In this document: positions 12,965 through 27,149 of the stretch, one piece after another
Numbering within the stretch: position 1 is the stretch's first letter
How the letters are laid out: each line of letters begins with the position of its first letter
NCBI RefSeq assembly: GCF_026210795.1
Contig: NC_089435.1
Coordinates: 4,278,001 to 4,342,000 of the forward strand
Reading direction: 5' to 3'
DNA length: 64,000 nt
Source of the DNA: Rhizophagus irregularis
Lineage: Eukaryota
Notes under the pieces: model-generated
What the model was told of the DNA's origin: nothing
The model's database searches: none
Seen by the model: only the letters and a program-made list of their open reading frames with translations
Translations under genes and position numbers: made by a program

Positions 12965-14062
12965 ATGGAAAACACGAATTTAAATAACCGTATTATACGA
13001 GACTATTCAACAGGAAATCCTTCAATTATTGACAATAATGAAAACTTACAACACACTTCAAACCCTAATATGAATTTAAACACCTCACATATTAATAATA
13101 TTGATATGACTGCTCTTGCATCTCAAAATATTACGTTTGAATTTTATCTTCCTTTACCAAATGATACACGTATTTATCATGTTACTTATACCGAATTAAA
13201 TTCAGTAGGAATCGCGCAACTTTTGAATAATAGAATTAATTTATCCCACTTTCTCAATCATCGACTTCCACATCATTATAATATACAACATTTAATTCGG
13301 CAAGAAATTGTTCAAAAATCTACCCCGCAGCAATCTTTCGATAATATGGATATTCAACGTAATTTTCAAGAATATTCGGATAATAATGCTTTCGATGTAT
13401 CTTCAATTCTTCCTATTCAACAACCTGTTGATTATCAACAAGATGTCATCCCACAACAATCTTTCGATACTATGGATATTCAACTTAACTTCCAAGAACA
13501 TTCAGATAATAATGCTAATGACGTATCTTCAATCTCTTTTATTCCTGTTGATTATAAACAAGATACCATCTCGCAACAATCTTTCGATAATATAAAATTT
13601 GAATTTTATCTTCCTTTACCAAATGATGTATATATCTATCATGTTACTTATACCGAATTAAATTTAACAGAAATCGCGCAACTCTTAAATAATAGAATTG
13701 ATTTATCTCACATTCCCAATCATAGACTTCCATATCATTATAATGTACAACGTTTAATTCGGCAAGAAATTGTTCAACAATCTATTGGTTATCAACAAAA
13801 CACCGTCCCACAACAATCTTTAGATACTATTGATGTTCAACCGATTTACCAAGAATATTCAGATAATACTAGTGCTTGCGATGTATCTTCAATTTCTCCT
13901 ATTCTACAACCTGTTGATTATCAACAAGATGCCATCCCACAGCAATCTTTCAATACTATGGATATTCAGCCCACAATCCAAGAATATTCAGATAATAATG
14001 CTTACGATGCATCTTCAGTTCCTCCAAACAGTCCTGATGATACCTCAACTACATCAAGCTAA
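12965..14062 (+). CDS. Hypothetical intronless repeat protein, (domain + 2 repeats) x2
   Basis: 365-aa ORF. FEFYLPLPND..IYHVTYTELN...LIRQEIVQ occurs twice and a ~40-aa PQQSFD.MDIQ...QEYSDNNA.DVSSI repeat occurs four times. TATAAATA at 12901. Confidence 0.85.
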   Translation: MENTNLNNRIIRDYSTGNPSIIDNNENLQHTSNPNMNLNTSHINNIDMTALASQNITFEFYLPLPNDTRIYHVTYTELNSVGIAQLLNNRINLSHFLNHRLPHHYNIQHLIRQEIVQKSTPQQSFDNMDIQRNFQEYSDNNAFDVSSILPIQQPVDYQQDVIPQQSFDTMDIQLNFQEHSDNNANDVSSISFIPVDYKQDTISQQSFDNIKFEFYLPLPNDVYIYHVTYTELNLTEIAQLLNNRIDLSHIPNHRLPYHYNVQRLIRQEIVQQSIGYQQNTVPQQSLDTIDVQPIYQEYSDNTSACDVSSISPILQPVDYQQDAIPQQSFNTMDIQPTIQEYSDNNAYDASSVPPNSPDDTSTTSS

Positions 14063-14216
14063 ACCCAAATTATAATTTATAGTATTAAGCTAGTATGTCA
14101 TTATATGCTTTAAGAAAGATGTCATATTTATATGTTACAATATGTTAATATAAATTCAATATTTATATGATTCACCGAATAAGTTTTTTTTAAAGAGTGG
14201 ATTTGATAGATTTACA

Positions 14217-14217
<1 letters not shown>

Positions 14218-14250
<33 letters not shown>
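14218..14250. repeat. (ATT)n microsatellite
   Basis: About 11 ATT units. Confidence 0.9.
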
Positions 14251-14738
14251 TTATACCATCCCCATTTTCAATATTATCCGGTTATCTGGTATTTTTTTTT
14301 GTCCAAATATACTAGACTACACAATTTTTGAGAATGACGATAATCTATTTTAAGAATAATTTATTGAGATTAAACGAACTTCTATTTATTACTCTCCTTC
14401 AAGGGTATAGGGAATAATGTGTAAGATATATAAACGTGGGTTCTTGTCATACTTCAGAATTATTATTATTTATTTATTTTTTCTTTTTTATAAAAATAAG
14501 TTATTTCTCTCTTCTCGTTTAAATTCTATGTTTAAGTTTCCTTAAAAAAATAAAATAAAATGCTTTTTTTCGAATATTAAATTAACACATGATTTAGCAA
14601 AATCCTCGTTTAACTATTTTAATATAAAAGTTGGTTTAGTTTTATGTGAATACAAACCTAGTTATAACGCTAAAAGTGGTTGGTTAACTGAGTTCGGACA
14701 AATTGATTTGGCACAGCACTGCAGTACCACAGTAAGTG

Positions 14739-14939
14739 GGTAAATCTTACCACACCACCTCGCGTAGTACAGGTGATGATTTTGTCACATGGTCACGTGA
14801 TGGCGGCGGCCTCGTTGTTTATATGACTTAGAAATTTTTTTGCGGTCTGATCTCTATTTGTCACTTGCATAAAGTGTTATGCACTTTATGCAGTGTAATC
14901 AACACTTTTAATATTCGTAACACGGTGGTAAGATTATCC
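14739..14939. mobile_element. Mutator-type MITE, 201 bp, with 9-bp TSD
   Basis: TIR GGTAAATCTTACCAC / GTGGTAAGATTATCC. Direct repeat CAGTAAGTG at 14730-14738 and 14940-14948. Confidence 0.85.
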
Positions 14940-16047
14940 CAGTAAGTGTCAGTTTCTTTTATTTTTTTATGCTTAATTAATATATTTTATACCATAAATT
15001 TTTTATGCCTATCTACTATTTATTTATTTATTTAAAAACCAGGTGAATTTTATTTATTATATTTTTTGAGGAACCGGTTTTTTCTTTCATTAAAACAGGT
15101 TTTATTATTTATGAAAGTAAATTTTTGGTTAAGAAGGAATTTTTATAATAATCAATAATTTTATTATTGATTTGTTGGATCCAAAATTTGACCTCACGTG
15201 CTATTTTTATTTTTGCAGAACGAAATATATATATAAGAATACATTATAAAATCTTGTGGATATGTAAATAACAAATTTAATAAAAATCTAAAATTATAGC
15301 TAAAAGAATTCTGTATGGCTGTATCACCGTTCATTGTATACAGCAATTGTATACAGTACACGAGCGAGCGATACGCAATTTTAAGAAATCAAACTTGAAC
15401 AATTTGAAATACATCTTTTAATACATCGTTTAAATGTAACACAATCTTTGCTATACTTAAAACAATTTTTTATACAAGTAAGAATACCAAAGATATTTTG
15501 ACATGTAAATGGTGTTGATAAATTTCCATTTGAGATTGACATTTTTCAATATCTTTTTTCAGGCAGTCCATGTTCAAATAAATGAGCTGAAGTTTCTCTG
15601 AGTTCTTGAGCATCAGATGTAACAGATTCTTTGGATTGAAATTTTTCAAGATCCTTGAAAGGAGTTACCAATCCGGTTATGGCAAAAAAAAGCGAGAATT
15701 GATAAGAGAATAAAGATGAGTAAAGTGATACGACTCATTTTTTTTTTATTTAGGAGTATTTTTTTTTTATAAAAGAGTCAGCGTGAGTTGTCTTTTTTAA
15801 AAAATGAATTTTTTTATTTGAATTTTAACAATTTTGGAATTTTTTGAATATTTTTAAAAATCATCTATTGATACCAGTATTTGGTAACAAAAGTAATATA
15901 TTTAGAGTTTGATTTGAATTTTCGTGACTTTAGACTTTTTTGGCTTATTATCTTGATCTTTTGTGGCTAAACTTTCCTTAAAGTTATAGAAAAGCGAAAT
16001 TATCAAAACCTATAATCTATTTTTAGCGACAAAAAATTTTAATCGTA

Positions 16048-16554
16048 TATATGTTGTGCCTCAGATCGATTCATGCCTCAGATTGAAGCTCACGCACCTC
16101 ACATTGAGATTGTCACCTGACGCACCTCATTTGAATCATTCAATAAAGTCTGTTATAAGTAAACTTTTTTTCTCAATAATTAAACCACTTTTTGTAACAT
16201 AAACAAACTTGTGCGCCATAATGAGTTACATGTTTCCTGAAATCTTTATGTAAATCTGATTCATATTGAAGTTTATACTTGTATTTTATCTGAAAAATCA
16301 TTAAATTTTAAGTCATTTTTCAAATGAAAAGATTTAATGAGCATGATTCTAATTAATCTGAAATTTTAGGATTGTATACTTAAAATAATGATAAATAAGT
16401 TTACTTAGTACTTAAAAATACATTAAAATTGGAAATTTTGATGTTTAATTATAGCTCATTTTTATTAGCAATTGAGGTGCGTCAGATGACAATCTCAAAC
16501 TGAGGTGCGTGAGCTTCAATCTGAGGCAAGAATCGATCTGAGGCACAACATATA
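16048..16554. mobile_element. MITE with long (~85 bp) TIRs in a TA context
   Basis: TATATGTTGTGCCTCAGATCGATTCATGCCTCAGATTGAAGCTCACGCACCTCA... is mirrored by ...TGAGGTGCGTGAGCTTCAATCTGAGGCAAGAATCGATCTGAGGCACAACATATA. Confidence 0.9.
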
Positions 16555-18050
16555 CATATATTATATATTATGATTTATGAAACCCGTAATATTATAGACA
16601 ATAAAATAATGTAATTTAGTAATTATTTGATTTATTAATTAACGTTACAACTTGATAATCTTGATTATAAATTTATTGAAATTCGTAGATGAAAATATTA
16701 ATTCAAAGTTTATAAACTTATTTTTATCCAAAATTCGATTTAATAGAAATATTATTTATAATTATTTACCAATTTTGATACTAATTTATCTCCTTTATTT
16801 GTCTTACTATGAGAATGTTACCTCATAAACTACAGTAGTCAGCTGACGATATTATCATTGAATAAGGTGATTTAATTTTCATTTAAAATAATGCAGGCAT
16901 GTGATCTAATTTAAAAAAAATTGCGAATAAACATTTATATGATTCAACATTTTTATTGAGAACATACTAGTTATTATAAAACTGCACAGAAAAAGCGTAA
17001 GGAAATAAACTTTCATTTGATTGAGATTGTCAATAGAAATAATAATTAGCCCTAGTCACAGATCTTCAAGACGCTTTCTGCGTAAAATATTGTGTTTCCT
17101 AGGAACGGAAATTACCCGTTGGCGTTCTGACTTCTGAGTCAATTTTCCACTAGCTTGTATCCAAAAAGTGAAACATGTACATAATATAAGGATTTCCCAA
17201 ATAAAATGCTATCTAATTTATTTACCTAACACTTAACCTCTACTCGAATGAAATCTTCTACCACCAATTTGTGAATGGAATCCTGGTTGAAGAATGAAGA
17301 GGATTCGTAGTCTAACCTAGTAACTTATTAAGCGACTGACAATATGGTTAACCATATCCAAATAAATGATCGACCTTAAAAACTTTAACGACAGGATGTT
17401 CTTTAAACCTTCACTGTATAAAGTCCAAAACAGCTCAAAGTGAATATTTATTTTGACCTTCCTAAGGAGACATCCACCATACGTTTTATACCTGTAACAA
17501 TAGAACTAATTATCTCTTGTTTTTATATATGTCTGGAAAACAAGCGAACGTCTCTTACAAACCAAAGCATCAAACCAGATAATAAAATTATGCAAACTCT
17601 TTATAAAAAATAAGTCCCTATGTCTTAACTCAGTTGATTTGGCATGTGAGGCTTAATGTTCTGTTTTATTAATTTACACATCATTTCACATAAATGTATT
17701 AACGGCTTGTTTATTTCACGTCAAGCAATTGATAGTAAAGAACTGAAGTCAAAATACTAAAGATAAAAGAGATAGTAAGGAATTTAGTTAAATAAGGATG
17801 TAACGTCATATTATGGAAAAATATTGAAAAAGTGCCGTATTTGTAATAGATCTTGTTCCGTATATATTACGTGACTATTCATTTTTTATTGTAATAAGGG
17901 AAATGTCGAATATTGAATTTTCTTTTAAAGATAGAATAAAAGACAAGCAGGAAAATATAGTCAAACCTCGACCGATAAAATTTCCGTGTCCATTTCACAA
18001 TTGATAAAAAAAAATCTATATTATATGTGATCCGATATTTTATGTTACGC

Positions 18051-18667
18051 TAGTATTACTTGGCCAACACTAACAATTTGGCTGAAGTTATAAAATTTGA
18101 ACTTTTTGCGCCATCTTAATTCTGGTCAGAATTACATTTTGGAATTACAATCTGGCCCACATTATGGTCCCAATATTTTTCCAGTATCAGTACATTGAAA
18201 GTTTGGCTGTAGCAACATATTAAGATTCATTTCTTGTTTAAAATGCCTTCATTGGACATTATTGATATTATTGGAATTTACTAAGAACTTCGAATTTCGT
18301 TAATATTGTAGAAAAATTCTGCATATCGTTTGTGCATTCGGGAACCATCACTTGATACACGTCTATAATTTAAAAATAATATTAAAATCTATATAAACCT
18401 AAAATTAAATAATAATAATAAAATAATAATTACGCTAAAATTTAATAGTATAAATATTTATGGATGTTTTTTTTAAAAAAAAAATAAAATAAAAAAATTC
18501 AGTTATAAATAAATATTAAAGATGTAATAATAATAAAATTGACCCAGCATTATGAATTTGGCCGAAATTAAGCAATTGTCGTAATTTCGAGCAGTAATCC
18601 GAAATTAGGATTACGACCCAAGTTGTAATCCAAATGCCGTAATTGTTACTTACGGCAAGCAACACTA
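18051..18667. mobile_element. Degenerate hAT-like non-autonomous element
   Basis: Ends TAGTATTACTTGGC and (reverse complement) TAGTGTTGCTTGCC, with GGCC/AGAATTAC-type subterminal motifs. No TSD is retained. Confidence 0.45.
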
Positions 18668-20397
18668 GTATATATGGATAAATTTATCCATGAATCACAA
18701 TTAAGCGCAAAGATAAATTTAAATTTTGTGAATCTTATTTTTTTTTTTAAAAAAAATAAAATAAAATTTTAATATTTATTAATTTCCTTTTCAGAATTCT
18801 CCCCTCAAAATTTCTATCATATTAATAATGAACAAAATCAAATCCTCATGATTTCTTTTCGCGAGCTATCTTTATTTTATTAGACTTAAATTATTAAAAA
18901 TTTATAAATTTTTTAATTTTACTTAATTCGCAATTACTGTAAAAATCTCGGTAAAAATATTTGGAAATTTTGGAAATTAGAACAATTTTACTCTACAGTT
19001 TCAACGCTAATTAAATAAACGTGAAGTCATCAATACTATTTTTATTTTTATTCTATATAAAATAAATAACAGTTAATCGTAACAGAGGTAAAGAATAGAA
19101 GTATCTTATGTTTTGCGAGTGATATATCTGTTATAGTATAAATATTTTTGATTATATGTAAGAAGGAATAATTAATGCTAATTACTTTAATGTAAAATTT
19201 TGTGGAGGGAATAGAAATTGGATATATAATGTGAAGATTATAGATTTGAAATTTTACGTAGATAATTAACTGGTCTTATGTAAAATCATCGAAATCATTT
19301 TTTCTGAAAATAAAAAAAATCTAAAATTTAGCATTTAATGGTACTTAAAAAAACAAACAAATATTAAAAATTAGATTTGTTCTTATAATAAAAATTATAG
19401 TTATTCTTTGTCTATTTTCTATTTTTATTTTTTATTTTTAATATTTTTATTTATTATTTTTTTTTAGTTCCGAAATAGGACGGGTCTAAAGCGAAGTAGT
19501 ATCATGTGATCTGATATTGAAATTACAGCATCAAGAAATTAATTACAAATAATCTTTCATGCACTGAAAAAAAACTGAAAACAGAAGCGTGACATGAATG
19601 ACGAATTAATAAGGTTGTCACGTAACACTACTTCAACTTTAGCGCCTCCCTAAAATGGTAAATATTCTAAATAACAAAAAGAAAATTAATTACACAATTT
19701 ATATATATATATATATATATAATGGCGTTGCATTAGATAAAGTTTGAGTAATAATTTCTTCTAAGCTTCCATTTAATCTTTTTTCTAAATATTTTTTTTC
19801 TATTATGTTCATCAAACGCATAAATTAAGGGGTTAGCATAAAAGAATTCAAAATAGTTCGTTTATAAGGTGTCTTTAGATAAGTCGTAATCCATTAAAAG
19901 TAAGTGAATTTGCCAATTTCTTTATATTCAATTGTGTATAATGATCTAGCTATTATTAGGATTTCATTTGTTCGAAACAATGATCGGCACTTTTTTTTTA
20001 CAAAGCAAAAATACAAGGCAAAAAGGAAAAGATCAAATGATCGTATTCATAAATACCATTTTAAGATGATTATTTGATTCTAGATAAATTCAAAGAATGC
20101 AAAATAGTTTTCTTTTACATTTACATTTAATGCATGTTTTTTTTTTACAAAATATAAATTATTGATAACGGAATTTAAAACTATTTCACATGTATTATTG
20201 TTAACTGATCGCGTGTAAAAAATTTTTTTTTTCGTATTACAATTAAATATTTGATATGATAAATATAGAACAGGCTTTTTCAATAAATAGTTTTAATAGA
20301 ACATATAAATTATACAATTTTTTTAATAAAAAAAAAAATATCAAGAAATAAATATACATATATATATATACATATATACTATACATCAATATCTTAT

Positions 20398-22079
20398 CTA
20401 ATTTGTAGGTTTTACATCTTGTCCTGCAATAACTCCTTCTTCTTTTCCATCAGGAATGTTATTCACTTTATTATTTTTATTCCATTTGCGTAAAATAAAG
20501 ATTCCAACCAATAAGCAAATACCACCAATTAAACTTCCTATGACCGAATAAATTATAACAAGTTTATTACTACTATTATTAATATTACTAGTTGAAGGTG
20601 TTATTGATTGTACTCGTGATTTTGATGGAACAGGATCAAAGATATGTGACCATTCATACATATCATTATTTTTAATATCAAGAAATAAAACATCGCTGTC
20701 GTTTGAATTTTCATAACCAGTTCCTATTAAAAAAAAAATAAGTTATATTCTTTTGTTATCCAATTAAATTTGACAATACTGAATAATAACATATTTACCA
20801 AATGTTACAACCATATAATCGGAAATTACATTTGCTTTGTGCCAATATCTGGATGCTGGAATTTCTCCAATGACAAAAGGAACTTTCCATTCAAAATTTG
20901 TTAAATTTAATACATAAAGTGCATCTTTAGAACTAATGCCAAACCCTCCAAAAATGATCACCCGATTACCGTCCAATCCTGAAAAGTGAAAATATAATAA
21001 ATAATTAATCAATCAAAGATTTAATCAAATTCATTTGTATGTTATAAATATTTACCAAGAACAGCGGAAAAAGCATCTCTTTTAGAAGGTATTTTTCCGG
21101 AAGTCATCTAAATTTAATAAATCATTTTAATTAAAGAACCTAATTATCATTGTAAATTCACAATTTATTAAATGTTAAATTACTTTTTTGCTCCAAACAT
21201 CATTAATTGTATCATATAAATAGACCTATTAAACAAATAAAATGCCATTGAGTGTTTAAATATTACAAATATGATAATAGTTTACTAGTATATAACAATT
21301 AGATATAGTACCTCATCTAAAGGTAAATGATCACCACCATTTACGCCACCTAAATGATAATTACTCAAATATTAAGTATAGAACCTAGTATTAAGTTAAA
21401 ATATAATTTATTACTTACCAATATAAATGATGTTATTATTATTCGGTAAAAAAGTCGCTCCATAATTTCTCCTTGGAGATGGCGCATTAATTGAATTTCC
21501 TTTTTTCCAACTAAGATTTATTGTATCTAAGATAAGCATATCATTTAAATCGCCATCAATATTATTCGTTGCTCGTCCACCAAATAAATACATTTTTTTC
21601 TTATGGTCTACAACTCCTTGTAATTGATTTTTTCCAATAATAATATCATTATTAGTTGTTTTTAGACTGGTCCATAAATTCGTACGTATATCAAATGAAT
21701 AAATTAAAGGATCAGTAAAATTATCTGAATTTCCGGTATACAAAATCAACTTTTCATTATTTGTACCACCATTGACAGCCGCAGCACCTCTATGTGACGG
21801 AACAATATTAATACTTGTTTCATTATTCCAATACATATTATTAACATAAAGCGGAGCATCAAATTTATAATAAAAAAATTGTTTTCCTGTATCATTATCA
21901 TAATTGCTACGACCTCCCAAAATGTACAAGTTAGAATTAATAAATGTAGCTGTATGAAGATATCGTCTCAGATGATCATCGTGAAACTTTGGTTTAAAAT
22001 TTCTCATTTGACCATTTATTTCAACTAATAGTTGAATTAAAATCCATAACACGATATATACCGAAGAATTCTTTATCAT
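20398..22079 (-). CDS. Kelch/galactose-oxidase-type beta-propeller, type I membrane protein (6 exons, ~432 aa)
   Basis: Exons 22079-21419, 21349-21312, 21225-21184, 21107-21056, 20978-20799 and 20723-20398 join in frame (1299 nt) through GT-AG introns. N-terminal signal-like stretch, Kelch motifs (HTAT..LYILGG, MYLFGG, IIFGG) and a C-terminal TM helix (IIYSVIGSLIGGICLLVGIFIL) followed by a basic tail. Confidence 0.9.
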
Positions 22080-23007
22080 GATAATATACAGTATGTTTAA
22101 AAATAGTATAGTAATGAAATACAGCAGTATGTTAAAATATGATGAAACGAAGTGTGTTTCAAAAGAAAGTTTATATTTTTAGTGAACGTTACTACATAAA
22201 TATAAGTATTTATTTATTGCTCTAAACTTAATTTGGTACGAACTCATCTTTTTATCTATCCAAGGAAAATAGTAAATTGGCGTTCGGTCGTTTCAATCTA
22301 TGTCGATCATATACAGTTAAAATTTTTTTTTTTGATAATCGGTATTTTATTTCAATAAAAAGATCTTTTTTTTTCTTGTTTATTATTTAACAATAAACAA
22401 TCTTTATCTTTAAATCACGTTAAATGAGTTCAATTTTCGAATTAAGGTAACATACATGCATGTGTAAATGAATCCCTAGAAGGTCCATCATTTGCCATTG
22501 TCGTACAATTCTGCTGACCATATGAATATTTGATTGTGTTCAATTGTGTAGATACTAAATTTGTAACTTTACTCGCTAAAAAACCTGAATGTGCCTAAAC
22601 CTATTTTTGATTGAATGTATGTTATCTAATTGGATAAAAAAAAAAATTGGTTTAATGACAGTAATTTCGATATTTTAAATAGATTTTACTTATGACTGAC
22701 TTTTTTTAAAAAAAAAAATTAAATAAATAACTTATAACTTACGATCTATTTAAATAAAAAATGTTTTAATAATAAATTAATAAATTTTTAATAGTTTTTC
22801 AGTATTGATAAATTTATTTTCAAAATAACAGTTTGAACATGACATTACTCGTTTATAATATATGGTTTTATAGTAAAGATTATTATAGATTTATTTAATA
22901 ATTATTACAATAAAATATACAAATATTCTGAATATTTAAATAACTATATAACAAATATGAACATTTAAATAATAAAAAAAGAAAAAACAAAATTTACAAT
23001 CTGAAAA

Positions 23008-23730
23008 TTAACAAAAACAACAACCCTTTTGTTTTACTTTAACAGTTAAATTTCGACTTCTGCAGGCTAAACAATTGGATATCAACATGAATATCAAATC
23101 TGCAATTGCAAGGCCAAATCCTGGTCCAAAATTTTTATTAGGACTTATCACTCCACCAGTAGTTTTATTAAAGTTTTGTTCAAACTGTTCTTTTTGACTA
23201 TTATCATCTTTAAAAATGAGGATATCACCTATAATCGCTAAAAGAATGACGATAGATCCAATTATAGAAATGATTGCAAAAACTCTTTGAATACAACCAT
23301 CTTCAGAAGGATTACAAATTGAAACAATGCCAATAATAACCAATACTAATGATACTATTAAGGCTAAAAAAACAATATGTATTCATTAATAATAATCTTT
23401 TTTAGGAAACTTATATTACATTAAATATATTTACCAATTGGATGCATAGCCCCCAGGAATCTTGTACCAGAATGTCCAAAATCGCCAATGAGACCACCTT
23501 TTGTACAAGTAAACAAATTTTCAAGATCTTGTAATTTAAAATTTTCGTTAATGTTATCATGTACGCAAGAACCGTATAATCCCAATTGTGTTGTTATATT
23601 ATTAATTTCATATTTCATAATGAAAATTGATTGAATAACGGTTGTACCCAAGTTCACTAGTAAGAGAAAGATAAACGAGCCTAGAGAAAAAAAAGGCTGC
23701 TAAAATGTTTATGGTTTTAGCAGAGACCAT
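23008..23730 (-). CDS. PalI/SUR7/Rim9-like (claudin-fold) 4-TM protein, 2 exons, with a +1 frameshift in a T8 run
   Basis: ATG at 23730 (MVSAKTINILAAFF). Deleting one T at 23687-23694 gives SLGSFIFLLLVNLGTT, then GLYGSC and MHPIA. Intron 23434-23364. Exon 2 has three hydrophobic helices and ends in GCCFC. About 216 aa. Confidence 0.75.
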
Positions 23731-25182
23731 TTTTATTATTTCGCGATTGATATAGATTATAGATTAGTTTTTAAAAAGTGTTTAAAAATGTATTCCAAAG
23801 AATAGAAACTATTGTTGACTTTCAGTAAATTCACGGAAATATTGGTTGTATTTATATTTCAAATGTTTGAAAACTTTTACACGTCTAGACTCTAGAGACA
23901 TAGATAAAAACCAATTTAGATTTCATTTAGAACCGAACAGAATTTTTTTTTTTAGATCAATAATTACCAAAATTGTTTTATTTCCTCGTTTATCATCGAT
24001 AATCTTGAAGGCGAAGCAAAAAAAAAAATATTTTTTCTTTAAAAATTTTTTTTTTTCTGCATAGCATCATGAAACGTCTGACACCAGACATGCATGAAAT
24101 ATCCTATGTTACACTATATAATAGTAGCATATATAAATGATCAAATCTAAACTTGGATATACCATTTGAAAATACAATAATACCGGAGAATATTTAGAAA
24201 TTTTAAAAATAAAAACTTTTTAGAAAAACCTGAAGATATAAATTCTTGAAACATTTTGTTTGATATTATTCTTCACTCTCCTTGATTTTCCAAAATAAGG
24301 TGTTTTTGATACAAACAAAAAAAAAAATTGTACATAATACTCTGTGATATTTACAATTAAATGAATAATCGAAACAATTTTGAATTTGAATCAGGATCTC
24401 TAAATAACTTTCGTCCAAACGTTGTTCTAAAAAATCTATTAAAAAGTTTCCCATTAGAATTGATTAATTAGCGTAGAATTTATGTAATGAAACGTACAGT
24501 ATGTGTGAATGTAACACCTTTGTCATGAGTTCTCAACTTAATTTCTCAGCTTTGTTATTTTAAAATAAATCGTAATAGATTTACCAATGATATCTTTTTA
24601 AAAATAATAAAATTCTATTGGAACTAGGAAAATGGATAAATGATTGTCTTGTACAAAGACATCTTCTCAAACCATTTGTTAAAAGAAATCTTAGTTCTAA
24701 TGTTGGTTTTCTACTCTCCTAATTAGACAAATTTAATTAGACAATTTAATAAATAAGAATATTACGGAAAATCTATTACGCTATAGCACTGCATACAGTA
24801 GTAGTACATCACCCAGTAGTTCTCTTGGTCTTAGTCTTAATCAAAGTATTATCGGTACTTTTATGAGGCAGGAGACTTAGCAATGGTCTAAATTTCAGTA
24901 GTATTAGTTTTACTTTTCAATTATCGTTAATTAAGTTATAATCTTACCAAATTAATTTTATTATCAGATAATAAATAAAAAAATAAAAAAAAGCATATTG
25001 ACATATTGACGTTGGTGCATTAACAAAACTACCTGCCTCTACATCCCGTTCCATAAATATATCATTTCATAATCTCATTGTCTGTTAAGCCAAACGTTCT
25101 AGTAGCATTAGCTCCGGATGTATATGGAATAAAATAATTTACTTTAACTGACATTGCAACATGATGAAGTGGGACTATGTCA

Positions 25183-25234
25183 ATATTCGATAAGTATATT
25201 CGATAAGTATATTCGATAAGCATATTCGATAAGT
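25183..25234. repeat. 13-bp minisatellite x4
   Basis: (ATATTCGATAAGT)x4 with one T>C change. Confidence 0.9.
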
Positions 25235-26149
25235 CTTGCTATGATAATTAATTCCTGAGTCTTATAACAGATAAATGGAACGGATAAAAAAAGTTTTTTT
25301 ATTATAAGAGCATTAATTGACAATGCAATTCAACTAATGAAACCCATAGCACGAAATTTAAATTTAATAAAGAATTATTTGATATGATAGGAATAAAGTG
25401 TTTGAATATATATATATTTTTTCTTTGTTGATTTTTCTTGATATATAATGTTTTTGATCTCATTCTTTCAGCCGATCTGCAGGACTTGGTTACAAAATTA
25501 GTTATGGACTATGGACTATAAAGCATCCATTTTCAAATTTGATTTCAGTTAAATAACAATGAAATTACTCATTTGTAGATAGATAACATTCATAATATAA
25601 ACCGTAGTAAAATTACAGATAATTTCGTTTCATGATGTTAGTATTCGACCTTCTATAATTTGTTACCATAAATGAGACATTCTTTTCTAATTAAAATAAT
25701 TGTTTCTCAAAATAAATGTGATATCTCATAAAGTGAATTTATATACTTTTAACTATAGCGAAATACAGCCTAGATGTAAGAAGAAAAGAAATGAAAATAT
25801 TAAATTGCCGATCCTACTTAAGAACGGCACTCTCATCGAATATTGGTGTATAATTTTTTTAGCTTATTCTTTTTTTTACCAATATTGAAAAAATTGCAAA
25901 ATAATTTTTTTTCAGTATCTACTAATTACGCAAAAACGGTAAAATGAAGCGGAATCCGACGCACATGAAATGTTTACTCTTTTTTTCACAATTTTTTGCC
26001 TTACTCTTTTTCTTCTTGAGATTTATGATATAATTTTAACAAGATATCGATACGTTTTCAAAACTTGTTTCTTGACGATTATCAAGCGGTTTGCTATATG
26101 AAGCAAGAGGCTCGGTAATTCATTTAAAATAGCTTTACGTATATTTTTA

Positions 26150-27149
26150 CGTTGTCGGACCGACGGAACCTTTTCCCGACAACGATTTCACCGACCATTT
26201 TCCCGAATAACATCTTTTCCCGACATGACATTATCCCGATGATAAATATCCCGAAAGACAAATCCCGACATGACATTTTCCCAAATTCAATTTATGAAAA
26301 TGTAACTTTGGTTGGGTATATATTTAACACTAATACATTATAAATCGCAAATTTAAATTTTTTAAATTTTTTAAAATTAGTTTTATTGATAATAAAATAT
26401 TGGTTTATGATAAATAACTATACAAATGCTTTTACAAATAGATATACAAAATAAACTGGGTAAAAATAATCGAAAGTAATTGTTAAAAAATTCATGTGTA
26501 ACCGTTACGTTTTGTATAAATAATTTTGAATTGCGCAGCTGTCGGGTCATGTGTAGCCAATCTGAGAGATTTTCATCGCTAATATACAATTCCGGTTAAT
26601 GAAATTTTAATTGGATTTTTTTTTTTGCTAATTAACGAAAAAAAAGCTTACTAATCATGTTTCATTTTCGGCCATTCAAGATGATACAATGATTGCAATC
26701 TGCAATCCAGTCTCTTTTTTAGTCCGGATCTTTTTTTAAATTAATATAAAATACGTAATTTTAGTTTAATATGTTTAATATGTGAAATTGTAATTGTGTT
26801 CAAAATCTCAATTAATTAAGATAAATTACGTGATAAAATGTAATAATTGTAAAATAATAAATTCATTTTTCATTTAATAAAAAAAAAATTAAGAAAATAT
26901 TACGCAAAAGTAAATTAGATAAATATAATAAACATAAAATTTAATTTTACTATTAATTTATTTATTATAAAGTATTTTTGTGATCATTTTTCGTAATTTG
27001 ATTTCGGGAAAATATCATGTCGGGATAATGTATGTCGGGAAAAGGTGTTATTCGGGAAAATGTCCATTAGGGATTTTGTCCTGTCGGTGAAATCGTTGCC
27101 GGGAAAAGGTTACGTCGGAAAATAGATGTCGGGAAATCGTTCCGTAACC
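26150..27149. mobile_element. Foldback/Mutator-like non-autonomous element with arrays of TTTCCCGA subterminal repeats
   Basis: TT(T/A)(C/T)CCGA repeats at 26170-26285 are inverted at 27000-27140. Its termini (GTTGTCGGACC / TCCGTAACC) match those of 30133-31113 in the opposite orientation. No clean TSD. Confidence 0.8.
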
